Assembly (NCBI GenBank): GCA_963838285.1
Contig: CAWIQP010000008.1
Coordinates: forward strand, 88,686 to 152,685
Origin: an uncultured Chloroflexia bacterium
GTDB lineage: Bacteria > Chloroflexota > Limnocylindria > Limnocylindrales > CSP1-4
DNA length: 64,000 bases
Reading direction: 5' to 3'
The notes beneath the pieces were generated by a model that saw nothing but the letters and a program-made list of their open reading frames with translations, searched no databases and had not been told where the DNA came from. Positions 39,720 to 49,429 of this stretch are shown in pieces; the stretch's first letter is position 1, and every line of letters begins with the position of its first letter. The translations under genes were made by a program, and so were the position numbers.

Positions 39720-40964
39720 TTGCACATGCCGGTCGTCAGAGCAGGTCCAAACCAATACCTGTTGGTTGGCCACCGAGGGAGGCTGCAGAACCGGGGCTCG
39801 GCCGTGCAGGCCATCTTGCTCCCCGGCGCCATCTATGTGCTCGTGCCGGCGACGAAGCAGGAGGCCGCCTTCGAGTTCACGCAGGAAACCAGGGATGGCA
39901 TTCCGTTGCGCTTCAAGGGAATCGTCATCTATCGCATCACCGACCCTGCGGCGGCGGCCCGGCTGTTCGACTTCAGCGCCGGAGTTGGTCTGACGCAGAT
40001 CAGCGCACTCCTGACGCACGTGTGCCTGGGAGAACTGCGCCACGCCGTCTCCCACATGACCATGGTCGAATGCATCGAGCAGCGCAAGACCACGCTGAGT
40101 GGAGTCGTCGAAACCGCTTTGCGCTCGACCATTCACAACGAGGACGGTCAGGCGAACGACTGGGGGATAAGCGTCGAGGTCGCCCAGGTGGCGCAGGTGT
40201 TCATCGTGGACGCCCAGCTGCGCCAGCAACTGGAAGCCGAGGTCCGCAACGAGATCAAGCTCAAGAGCGACCAGTCGAACATCCTGGCTCAGCAGGAGAC
40301 TCGACTGGCGGAGATGGAATCCGCGGGGCGAGTCGAAGAGAAGCAGCTGGCAAACGACAGGGAGAGCTTGCGGCGCAAGGAAGAGATGGAGCTGGCTCAG
40401 CTGGCTCGCCAACGGCGTATGCAGGCAGAGAACCTGGCAACCGAACGCCAGGCCCTCCAGCTCGAACAGGAGAAGTTCCACGCCCAATTGGACGTGGAAC
40501 AGGATCGGGTGAATACGGAAACGCCGGTTCGACTGCTCAGAATCGCGAAGGAGAGCGGAGTCCTTCGCGAGGAACTGGAGCTTCGGAAGCTGCAGAACCA
40601 GGCCAAGGCGTTCGAAGTGGAGGGCGAACTGCAGCTAACTCGTGCCCAGCAGGAGCTTCGTCGCGAGATGCTGCCGCTGGAGCAGGCACCGCGGATCGTG
40701 GAATCGGCCTCGCAGGTGCTGCGTGGCACGAACCTGTCCATCTACGGAGAGAACAGCCAACTCCTCGGTCAACTCGCTCCCATCTTCGAATACCTGACGC
40801 GCGCAGTTCAGCAGGCGACACAGGGCAGTACCCAGCGGGCACCGGAACCTGACGAGTCTCCCGTCGCGGCGGCGCCCACTTCCTCTGAGGGCCCGGGAGA
40901 AGTCGCCGGCGTTCGCGCCGGACGCAGGCTGCAGACACCGCGCGAAACCGACCGGCCGAAATAG
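39720..40964 (+). CDS. SPFH/band-7 family protein (flotillin-like) with a long coiled-coil
   Basis: 414 aa: SPFH core (IPLRFKGIVIYRITDPAAAARLF...), then heptad-rich EAEVRNEIKLKSDQSN...ELELRKLQNQAKAFEVEGELQL. Confidence 0.8.
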   Translation: MHMPVVRAGPNQYLLVGHRGRLQNRGSAVQAILLPGAIYVLVPATKQEAAFEFTQETRDGIPLRFKGIVIYRITDPAAAARLFDFSAGVGLTQISALLTHVCLGELRHAVSHMTMVECIEQRKTTLSGVVETALRSTIHNEDGQANDWGISVEVAQVAQVFIVDAQLRQQLEAEVRNEIKLKSDQSNILAQQETRLAEMESAGRVEEKQLANDRESLRRKEEMELAQLARQRRMQAENLATERQALQLEQEKFHAQLDVEQDRVNTETPVRLLRIAKESGVLREELELRKLQNQAKAFEVEGELQLTRAQQELRREMLPLEQAPRIVESASQVLRGTNLSIYGENSQLLGQLAPIFEYLTRAVQQATQGSTQRAPEPDESPVAAAPTSSEGPGEVAGVRAGRRLQTPRETDRPK

Positions 40965-41220
40965 AGCTGCGGTCGCTGTCGAGATCTGCCTCCACGGCCG
41001 CGACACATCCGCGCTCCAGGGGCTGGCAAGGTCTTGACTCCACTGGCACAATCTTTCCGTGCTCGGCAATCCGAGATCGGGGACCCTCTTCGCCGGCTTC
41101 GCGGGCCATCGCCGCGCGAGCCAGGCAGGCCGGCGGTGACAGCCACCCGATGGTCTCGGCCGAGGCTCGACTATCGCCACCGCCGCGTGGCAGGCAGAGC
41201 AAGCCAGCAGGTGACGCAAG

Positions 41221-42300
41221 ATGAAGATTCTGGTTGTTGGTGACTCTTACTGCCCGTGGCGCGCGCTCGGACCGGCGATCGATAGCCTCGCCGTGGACCA
41301 CGAGGTCACCAAGTTCGACGTCGTGGACGAGCCGGCATGGCGCCCGACCACACCGTCGGAGCAGAAAGTGCGGGAGTACCTCGGCAGCCCTCGCCAGGTC
41401 ATCGAGAGACTCGACGGCCACGAGGTCCTGATCGTCCAGGGGGCGCCGGTGACCGACGCCGTGATGGACGCGTCCCCGGCGTTGAAGCTCGTGTGCGTCG
41501 CCCGCGGCGGTCCCGTCAACGTGGACATCGCCGCGGCCACGGAGCGCGGCATCGCCGTCGTCACGACGCCCGGCAAGAACGCTCAGGCCGTGGCGGAGCT
41601 GACGATCGCCTTCATGGTGATGCTGGCCAGGCGGCTGCCCGAGGTGGTCCGGTTCCTCGAGGGCGGGGGCGAACTGGCCCGCGACAACTACGAGGGCGCC
41701 AAGTGGATGGGCCACGACCTAGATGGCCACGTCCTCGGTCTCATCGGCTACGGGCAGATCGGTCATCGCGTGGCACGCATCGCCAGGGCGATCGGCATGC
41801 ATGTGATCGTCTCGGACCCGTACGTTCCGGCTGCCCGGATCGAGGCGGATGGGGCGGAGCCGGTCGACCTGGACACGCTGCTGGCTACCGCCGACTACGT
41901 CTCGATCCACGCCCGCGCAACAGCGGACAACAAGGGCATGATCGGGCGGGCCCAGATAGCGCTGATGAAGAAGGGCGCCTGCCTGATCAACACTGCTCGC
42001 GACACGCTCGTAGATGAAGATGCGGTCTACGACGCTCTCCGTTCCGGCCACCTCGCCGGCGGCGGCTTCGACGTCGTCCGCATCCCCGACCTCTCGATTC
42101 CGCCGGAGCTGGGCCGGCGCCACCGCCTCTACGACGCCCCGAACGTAGTCATCGCCACTCACGTCGGCGGCGCCACGTTCGAGACGATGGGCCACGGCGG
42201 GGAGATGGCCGCAGCCGAGATCGGCCGGCTGGCCGCCGGCGAGCCGTTCGTCAACCTGGCCAATCCGGCCGCGCTCGAGAAGGTGGGAAACCATGCCTGA
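41221..42300 (+). CDS. D-isomer-specific 2-hydroxyacid dehydrogenase (phosphoglycerate / 4-phosphoerythronate dehydrogenase-like)
   Basis: AGGTGA RBS. Rossmann GLIGYGQIGHRVARIA, plus catalytic R/E/H-type residues in ...NTARDTLVDEDAV...ATHVGGAT. The stop overlaps the FGGY kinase start. Confidence 0.85.
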   Translation: MKILVVGDSYCPWRALGPAIDSLAVDHEVTKFDVVDEPAWRPTTPSEQKVREYLGSPRQVIERLDGHEVLIVQGAPVTDAVMDASPALKLVCVARGGPVNVDIAAATERGIAVVTTPGKNAQAVAELTIAFMVMLARRLPEVVRFLEGGGELARDNYEGAKWMGHDLDGHVLGLIGYGQIGHRVARIARAIGMHVIVSDPYVPAARIEADGAEPVDLDTLLATADYVSIHARATADNKGMIGRAQIALMKKGACLINTARDTLVDEDAVYDALRSGHLAGGGFDVVRIPDLSIPPELGRRHRLYDAPNVVIATHVGGATFETMGHGGEMAAAEIGRLAAGEPFVNLANPAALEKVGNHA

Positions 42301-43855
42301 TGCGCACGTCATGGCGATCGACCTGGGAACCGGGAGCTGCCGCGCCCTCATCTTCGACCAAGATGGTCACCAGGTGGCGATGGCCCAGCGCGAGTGGTCG
42401 CACCCGCCTCTCGCGGGAGCGCCCGGCTCGCAGCAGTTCGAGACCGCCCGCAACTGGCCGCTGATCTGCGAGTGCATCCACGAAGCCCTCGCGATGAGCG
42501 GCCTGCCCGCCGACGCGATCAAGGGTGTTTCGAGCACGGCCATGCGCGAGGGCATGGTCCTCTACGACGCGTCCGGAGCCGAGATCTGGGCGTGTCCAAA
42601 TGTCGACTCGCGTGCCGGTGACGAAGCGACTCAGCTGATTGCCGCGGGGGACGCGCGGAGGATCTACGACACCGGCGGCGACTGGGTCTCTATCACCTCC
42701 CCTGCCCGCTTCCTCTGGATCAAGAACCACCAACCGGACGTCTTCGCCCGCATCGCCCACATGGGCATGCTCAGCGACTGGGTTCTCACCAGGCTGTCGG
42801 GCAAGTTCGCCACCGATCCCTCGATCGGCGCAAGCTCAGGCCTGTTCGATCTGGCGAAGGCCGACTGGTCGCCCGAGCTGATCCGCCTGATCGGCCTCGA
42901 GCCCGGGATCTTTCCGGAGGTTCGCCAGCCGGGCACGGTCCTGGGCGATGTGACGGGCAAGGCCGCCGCAGAGACGGGCCTGGCCGCCGGAACGCCGGTC
43001 GTGGTCGGCGGCGCCGACACTCAGCTGGGTCTGCTGGGGATCGGCCGGACCACGCCGAACGCGTTCACGCTCGTGGGCGGCAGCTTCTGGCAGAGCACAG
43101 TCGTCGTGGATAGGCCGCTCATCGATCCGGAGGCGCGGCTCCGCTCCCTCTGCCACGTCATGCCGGGGCAGTGGATGGTCGAGGGCATCGGCTTCTACTG
43201 CGGCCTGACGATGCGCTGGTTCCGCGACGCCTTCTGCGACCTGGAGAAGGCCCGGGCCGCCGAGCGCGGAGTGGATCCGTTCATGGTCATGGAAGAGGAA
43301 GCGGCCACGGTCCCACCGGGATCGAATGGCGTGCTGCCCATCTTCGGCAACATCATGGATGCCAAGCGCTGGGTGCAGGCGTCGCCCTCGTTCGTTCAGT
43401 TCGACATCGACAATCCCGGCACCTCGGGCCGCAAGGAGTGCGTTCGGGCCATCGAGGAGAGTGCCGCCTACGTCGCCCTGGGGCACCTGCGGATCATCGA
43501 GAGCCTGACGGGCTACAGGTTCGAGGAGATCGTGTTCACCGGCGGTGGGGCCAAGGGACACCTCTGGCCGCAGGTTATCGCCGACGTGCTGGGCGTCTCC
43601 GTCAAGGTCCCCGAGGTCAAGCAATCCACCGCCCTGGGCGCCGCGCTGTGCGCCGGCCTGGGCGCGGGCATCTACGGCGATCTGGCAGCCACTGCCGCCG
43701 AGGTCGTCCGTTTCGAGCGGACGTTCGAGCCCGACGCGGCCGCCCACGCCGCCTACCTCACTCTTTTCGACCTGTGGCACGCCGTCTACGGCCGTTTCCT
43801 CGAGATGGGCGACGCCGGCCTGCTGCGCCCGCTCTGGAAGCCCGCCGGAGCCTGA
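42293..43855 (+). CDS. FGGY-family carbohydrate kinase (LsrK / xylulokinase / L-erythrulose-kinase-like)
   Basis: 520 aa: [16 protein letters not shown] (FGGY N-terminal phosphate-1 motif), C-terminal [20 protein letters not shown]. Confidence 0.9.
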   Translation: MPDAHVMAIDLGTGSCRALIFDQDGHQVAMAQREWSHPPLAGAPGSQQFETARNWPLICECIHEALAMSGLPADAIKGVSSTAMREGMVLYDASGAEIWACPNVDSRAGDEATQLIAAGDARRIYDTGGDWVSITSPARFLWIKNHQPDVFARIAHMGMLSDWVLTRLSGKFATDPSIGASSGLFDLAKADWSPELIRLIGLEPGIFPEVRQPGTVLGDVTGKAAAETGLAAGTPVVVGGADTQLGLLGIGRTTPNAFTLVGGSFWQSTVVVDRPLIDPEARLRSLCHVMPGQWMVEGIGFYCGLTMRWFRDAFCDLEKARAAERGVDPFMVMEEEAATVPPGSNGVLPIFGNIMDAKRWVQASPSFVQFDIDNPGTSGRKECVRAIEESAAYVALGHLRIIESLTGYRFEEIVFTGGGAKGHLWPQVIADVLGVSVKVPEVKQSTALGAALCAGLGAGIYGDLAATAAEVVRFERTFEPDAAAHAAYLTLFDLWHAVYGRFLEMGDAGLLRPLWKPAGA

Positions 43856-43929
43856 CCCACACGAACTCAGTACAGCCCACCGATCAGTTCGCCATCCCCA
43901 CCCAGGGACCGGGCAGAAAGAGGAGCGAG

Positions 43930-44825
43930 ATGCCGGAAGCCGACAACGCCGAAGAGAAGAGCTACTACGAAGACGTTCCGCAGCGAAACAGCGCCTTCTT
44001 CCTCAAGGGCGCCGGGGCATACGACTGGGGCATGCAGAACCGCCTGGCCCGGGTCTTCAACCCGGAGAGCGGCAAGACGGTCATGCTGGCCGTCACTACG
44101 GTTACTTCATGGGCCCGACGTCGGGCCTCGAGCGGATCGACGTCAACATCGTGCCGCTCGTCCCCTACACCGACGCCCTCTTCTGCACACGCGGCATCCT
44201 GCGGACAGTCGTACCCGCGGCGACCCGTACGCCGAACGTCCTTCGCGCAAGCGGCGGTCCCTCGATCCTCAAGGAGCTGTCGAACGAGCAGATCGCCATG
44301 GACATGGAGGATGCCGTCCGGCTGAACAGCTGCGGGGTCGGCGTCCAGGTCTTCGTCGGTGGTGAGTTCGAGACCCAGTCCATCCACAACATGACCCGCC
44401 TGGTGGACGCCGGGCTCCGGGTAGGACTGCCCGTCCTGGGCGTCACCGCCGTCGGCAAGGACATGGTCCGCGACGCCAAGTACTTCCGCCTCGCGACCCG
44501 CATCTGCGCCGAGCTGGGCGCCCAGATGGTCAAGACCTACTACGTGCCCGACGGTTTCGAGACCGTCACGGCGTCGTGCCCGGTGCCGATCGTCATGGCC
44601 GGCGGCAAGAAGCTGCCCGAGATCGAGGCCCTGACGATGGCCTATCGGGCCGTCCAGGAAGGCGCCGCCGGAGTCGACATGGGCCGCAACATGTTCCAGA
44701 GCGAGTCGCCCGTAGCCATGATCCAGGCCGTCCGCAAGGTGGTGCACGAGGCCATGAAGCCCGAGCACGCGCTGGAGCTGTTCAAGACGCTCACGTCCGA
44801 GTCCAAGCAGCCCGTCGGCGCGTAG
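43930..44825 (+). CDS. class I aldolase of the DhnA/LsrF (DeoC-fold) family; one frameshift
   Basis: ATG at 43930 ([35 protein letters not shown]...GKTVMLAV). It continues in ORF 43545..44825 as [12 protein letters not shown]...KTYY...MAGGKK (Schiff-base lysine region). One base is missing in gtcactacggttac near 44096. Confidence 0.75.
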
Positions 44826-44834
44826 GCACCCGCG

Positions 44835-45566
44835 ATGGCGACGACAGCGCACCTGCCGTTTCTCGACGGCAGGGCTCGCCTGACCATCGGGATCAACACC
44901 GCCGACCTGGGGCACCTTGCCGACGAGGTCCGCGTCCTCGAGGACGCCCGGGCCGAGATCGTCCACGTCGACGTCATGGACGGCGTCTTCTGCCCGGCGA
45001 CCACCGTCGGGCCGCCCTTCATCAAGGCGATCAGGACGCCGCTTCTCAAGGACGCCCACCTTATGATCGTCGACCCGATCGAGAAGGTGGCCGACTACGT
45101 CGCGGCGGGCGCCGACATCGTCACCTTCCAGGTCGAGTCCACTCGCCATTCCTATCGGGGCCTGCAGGTCCTCGGCAAGGCCGAGAACGCCAACGACCCG
45201 GCCCGCGGGATCGTCCGGGGAGTGGCGCTCAACCCGGGGACGCCCGTATCGGCGGTGGAGCCGCTGCTCGACGAGATCGGGAGTACGTGCTCATCCTGGC
45301 CGTCAATCCCGGCTGGGGCGGCCAGAAGTTCATCGAGTCCACCGAACGCCGCATGGCCGAAGCGGAAGGTTCTATCAAGCGCTCCGGCCGGCAGATCATG
45401 CTCGGCGCCGACGGCGGCGTGACGAAGGACAACATCGCCAGAGTCGCCGGCCATGGGGCCGAACCTCATCGTCACCGGCAGCGCCGTCTTCGACGGCAAG
45501 ACTCCGGCCGACAACGCCCGTTTCATGCTCGACGCGGTCCGGGGCATCGCGGTGGCGACGACGTAG
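44835..45566 (+). CDS. ribulose-phosphate 3-epimerase family protein; two compensating frameshifts
   Basis: N-terminal part (IVHVDVMDGVFCP, ...ALNPGTPV) in ORF 44835..45422. Middle (EYVLILAVNPGWGGQKFIESTERRMAEA...IMLGADGGV) lies in the frame of ORF 44576..45631. The C-terminus (GPNLIVTGSAVFDGKTPADNARFMLDAVRGIAVATT*) returns to the first frame, with stop at 45564-45566. Confidence 0.75.
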
Positions 45567-45643
45567 GCCAACGCCGCTCCGGAATCGAAAGGACGGGGTC
45601 GCGACGCCGGTCGGGCCCCGTCCTTTTGTAGTTGCCGGAGCCG

Positions 45644-46414
45644 TCAGAGCTCGGCGTTCACGATGAAGCCGCCGTCGACGAGGAGCGTCGCGCAGGTCAC
45701 GTACGTCGCGTCGTCCGAGAGGAGATAGGTGATCGCGCCGGCCATCTCCTCGGGCTCTCCGGGCCGGTGGATCGCGATCCGGTCGATGTAGTACTTCCAG
45801 ACCTCGGGGGCAGCGTCGAACATCGGCGCGCTCATGTTGGTCTTGATCCAGCCCGGCTCGACGGCGTTGACGCGGATGCCGTGCTCGCCGAGGTTGCATC
45901 CGAGCGCCTTGGCCAGCATGGAGATCGCGCCCTTGGTCCCGCAGTAGGCGGTCTGGTACGGGGCGCCGACGTGAGCGGAGATGGAGCTGGTGCAGCAGAT
46001 CGCGCCGCCGTGGCCCTCCTTGATCATCTGCTTGGCACCTTCCGTGACCACGACCCAGGTGCCGCGGACGTTGGTCTCCATGAGGTTGTTGAAGTCTTCG
46101 AGGCTCGTCTCGTCCCACTTCATGAACGGGTTGATGGCCGCGTTGGAGACCACGTAGTCGAGCCGGCCGCCCTTCTCGGCGACCTCGTGGACCATCCGAA
46201 TGACCTGTTCGGGGTCGCGCATGTCGGCCACGACCGGGAAGCCCTCCCCGCCCGCCTCCTTGATGCGGCGAAGTGTCTCGGTGGGATCGCCGGTCGGCCG
46301 CTGATTGACGCCGACCAGCGCCCCTTCGGCGGCCAGTCGCACTGCCGTCGCCTGTCCGATTCCATTCGTGGCCCCCGTCACGAGCGCCACCTTGCCGACG
46401 AATCGCTTCTCCAT
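45644..46414 (-). CDS. SDR family oxidoreductase (candidate polyol/ketose dehydrogenase)
   Basis: ATG at 46412-46414 with GGAGGA upstream. TGATNGIG Rossmann motif, NAAI, catalytic YxxxK (YCGTKGA). Confidence 0.9.
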   Translation of the reverse strand: MEKRFVGKVALVTGATNGIGQATAVRLAAEGALVGVNQRPTGDPTETLRRIKEAGGEGFPVVADMRDPEQVIRMVHEVAEKGGRLDYVVSNAAINPFMKWDETSLEDFNNLMETNVRGTWVVVTEGAKQMIKEGHGGAICCTSSISAHVGAPYQTAYCGTKGAISMLAKALGCNLGEHGIRVNAVEPGWIKTNMSAPMFDAAPEVWKYYIDRIAIHRPGEPEEMAGAITYLLSDDATYVTCATLLVDGGFIVNAEL

Positions 46415-46478
46415 TGGAACTCCTCCGAGTGGTCCTGCCGTGAGTGCCATGGTCGATGCCGCTATCGGGACGCCGGAA

Positions 46479-47237
46479 TCAGTGCATGCCGCGGCCGCCC
46501 GCGACGATCAACAACTCGCCGGTGATGAAAGCCGCCTCGTCCGAGGCGAGGAATACGGCCGACGACGCGACGTCGTCGGGAGTGCCCCAGCGCTTGAGGG
46601 CGGTTTCCTCGAGGATCCTCTGCTGCACCTCCGGGTCGATCTCCTCGACCATGTCCGTCCTGATCCAGCCCGGGCAGATGGCGTTGATCCTGACCTGGGG
46701 TCCGAGGGCGAGGGCCATCGCCTTGGTCAGGCCGTTCATGCCCGCCTTCGAGACGACGTACTCCGTGAAGCGCATCGCCGACGGGTGGTATAGGCCGGAG
46801 TTCGACGACATGTTGATGATCGAGCCGGACCCCTGGCGGATCATCACCGGCGCGACTTCCTTGGAGCACAGGTAGGCGCCCTTGAGGTTGACGTCGATGG
46901 TGACGTCCCAGTCGTCCTCGGTCGTCTCGAGGACGCCCTTGGCGACCATCACGCCGGCGTTGTTGACCAGGATGTCCACGCGGCCAAACCGTTCGAGCGT
47001 CCGCTCGACCAGGCGCCGGACGTCCGCGCTCCGCGACACGTCCGCTTGCACGTCGATCGCGGTTCCGCCCGCCGCTTCTATCCCGGCGACGACGGCGGCC
47101 GCGTTCTTCGACCCGGCGGTGTAGTTGACGACGACGGCCGCACCCTCGACCGCGAACCGCTCCGCGACCGCGCGGCCGATGCCTCTTGACGCACCGGTGA
47201 CTATCGCGACTTTGCCCGCCAAGCGCCCTTCGGCCAT
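46479..47237 (-). CDS. SDR family oxidoreductase (second paralog)
   Basis: ATG at 47235-47237. TGASRGIG, NNAG, catalytic YVVSKAG. Confidence 0.9.
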   Translation of the reverse strand: MAEGRLAGKVAIVTGASRGIGRAVAERFAVEGAAVVVNYTAGSKNAAAVVAGIEAAGGTAIDVQADVSRSADVRRLVERTLERFGRVDILVNNAGVMVAKGVLETTEDDWDVTIDVNLKGAYLCSKEVAPVMIRQGSGSIINMSSNSGLYHPSAMRFTEYVVSKAGMNGLTKAMALALGPQVRINAICPGWIRTDMVEEIDPEVQQRILEETALKRWGTPDDVASSAVFLASDEAAFITGELLIVAGGRGMH

Positions 47238-47404
47238 GGCCGTCTCCTTCCAAATCGCCCTGTTCGAAATCGAACGTGACCAGAACCCGGCCCCGGCCAT
47301 CGCGGGCTCCTCTCGCCGGACACTCCGCGAGCGGCGGCAGACGCCGGGCCGGCCGAAGCGGCAACTGGAGGATGCCCTCCGGCCGAGCCCCGCTGCCCGG
47401 GTAT

Positions 47405-47911
47405 CTACTTGGCCGGAGGGTACTGGCGGACCGGTGTCAGCTCGATCGCGTGACCGCTGCCCGACTCCGCGACGAAGTGGGCGTCTTTGGCCGTGTCGAG
47501 GTAGTAGAACTCGATCGTCTCGCCGATGCGGCCGCCCATCGACATCTCATACCCAGCGTCGCCGAAGCGCTTCTTGAACGCATCGGACTCTTCCTGGCTG
47601 TGACTCATCAGGGCAATGTGCTGTACGCCCTCGCCGTATCTGGCCAGGTGTTCCTTGTAGATCGAGTCGCCTTCCAGCGGCTGGATCAGTTCGAAGATGA
47701 GGCCCGGCTGGACTTCGCATTCCGCGCCGATCATCGAGTAGTCCGCCGGCTTGCCGTGCAGGTGCTGGTGGTGGAGCTTCGGCGGCACGTGCTCGTAGAC
47801 GTTCCAGGGGCCCCACCCGAACATCTCGTGATAGGTCTTCATCGCCGCGTCGATGTCCTTGACGACGACCGCGATCTGGCTGATCCGGTACGGCTTCTCG
47901 GGCGGGTTCAT
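47405..47911 (-). CDS. VOC family protein (glyoxalase / bleomycin-resistance / dioxygenase fold)
   Basis: ORF 47405..48202. ATG at 47909-47911 with GGAGGA upstream gives MNPPEKPYRISQIAVVVKDIDAAMKTYHEMFGWGPW...GVQHIAL (169 aa). Confidence 0.7.
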   Translation of the reverse strand: MNPPEKPYRISQIAVVVKDIDAAMKTYHEMFGWGPWNVYEHVPPKLHHQHLHGKPADYSMIGAECEVQPGLIFELIQPLEGDSIYKEHLARYGEGVQHIALMSHSQEESDAFKKRFGDAGYEMSMGGRIGETIEFYYLDTAKDAHFVAESGSGHAIELTPVRQYPPAK

Positions 47912-48174
47912 GGTCTCCTCCAGGTCATCGGTTCCAGGGGCCGGACCGCGCACCGTTGCGGCGACCTCGCCTTCCAGCGCAAAGGCCGACGTTGCGCCAT
48001 CGATCGGAAAGATTGTGCCACCAGGGTCAAGGTCATGCCATACTGGGATGCGTCGCGATACGGTGCCGGCCGAACGGGTAATCTGCAACTCGAAACGCAT
48101 GCCGGCTCGAGTGGCCAGGTGGCAGGCCGATGGGACCGCCGCCGACCGGGCCCGGGCCCGATTGGATGGGAGAC

Positions 48175-49143
48175 ATGGCGACAGGGCAGTCTTCACGGGC
48201 AACGCCGGCGGCCGGCGGCCGCGTCACAGATCTGCTCGTCGAGGTCGCCCGGCGCTTCTACCTTGTCGGTGAGACCCAGGTCGAGATCGCCCGCGATCTC
48301 GGGCTCGATCCGTCGACGGTCTCGAGGTACCTGAAGCGCGCTCGAGACGAGGGAGTCGTCCGAGTCGAGATCCGGCCGCCTCTCCGCCGGAACGTAGACC
48401 TGGGCCGGCAACTCGCCGACGCCTTTCACCTGTCCCGCGTGGTCGTCGCCTCGACCGAAGAGGAGGGCGATCTCTCGTGCCTGGCGGATGTGGCGGCAGA
48501 CTACGTCGGAACTCTTCTCCGCAACGGCATGAGGGTCGGCCTCGGCTGGGGATCCACGCTCTCGGCCACGGTCGGATGCATGGAACCGGGCGCCGTATCC
48601 GACCTGATCATCACGCAGCTGGCGGGCGGCTTGAGCGATCCCGTTCCGGGCATTCAGGGCCACGAGCTGGCCCGCCACCTGGCCAGCCTCTACCCAGGGA
48701 GCCTGGTCCACTACCTGCACGCTCCGTCGATCGTGGACTCGCCGGCCATCAAGGAGGCGATGCTCAGCGATTCCTCCGTCCAGGCCGCCCTGGCGCTGGC
48801 AACTCAGAGCGAATTGGCCCTGGTCGGGATCGGCGAAATAGGCCCGGAGGCGACGCTCCTGCGGTCGTCTCAGGTGACCCGAGGCGACCTTGAGCTGCTG
48901 CTGGCTGACGGGGTCGTGGGCAGCATGAACGGGCGCTTCTTCGGCCGCGACGGCAGGCCCGCCGGCCACCTCGACGAGCGCACCATCGCCATCGAGTGGG
49001 CCCAGCTGGCGGCGATCCCGACCGTCGTCGCCATTGCCGGCGGTCGGACGAAGGCCGATGCGATCCTCGGCGCCCTCCGCTCCGGTTGCGTCGACATCCT
49101 GATCACCGACGAGGCAACCGCGACGGCCCTGGCAGAGCGCTAG
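48175..49143 (+). CDS. SorC/DeoR-type sugar-binding transcriptional regulator (EryD/LsrR-like)
   Basis: GGGAGA RBS then the ATG at 48175. N-terminal HTH (LLVEVARRFYLVGETQVEIARDLGLDPSTVSRYLKRA), C-terminal sugar-phosphate-binding domain (GLGWGSTL...VGIGEIGPEA...). Confidence 0.85.
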   Translation: MATGQSSRATPAAGGRVTDLLVEVARRFYLVGETQVEIARDLGLDPSTVSRYLKRARDEGVVRVEIRPPLRRNVDLGRQLADAFHLSRVVVASTEEEGDLSCLADVAADYVGTLLRNGMRVGLGWGSTLSATVGCMEPGAVSDLIITQLAGGLSDPVPGIQGHELARHLASLYPGSLVHYLHAPSIVDSPAIKEAMLSDSSVQAALALATQSELALVGIGEIGPEATLLRSSQVTRGDLELLLADGVVGSMNGRFFGRDGRPAGHLDERTIAIEWAQLAAIPTVVAIAGGRTKADAILGALRSGCVDILITDEATATALAER

Positions 49144-49429
49144 CAGAGCGCGCGGAGCCGCCGCCCGACGCCCCTCGGCAGAGCCCGTAGCGGCCCGCCC
49201 GACGCCCCTCGGACCGCTGGCGGGCACACTTCACGCAGTTACGTGCGACGCCATGCAACATCTTGACGCGGGCACGACCAACTCCCTATGCTCTATCCGT
49301 TGTCCGACTAGTCCTGGATTCCCACGGAGGTCCGGAGACGGAGTCCACCCGAGCCGGATGGAGCTTCGATGCGTGCCCGGGCCGCAGGTCCGAGGCGGCG
49401 CTCTCGCGAAGGAAGAGGAGCTCTGGGCG

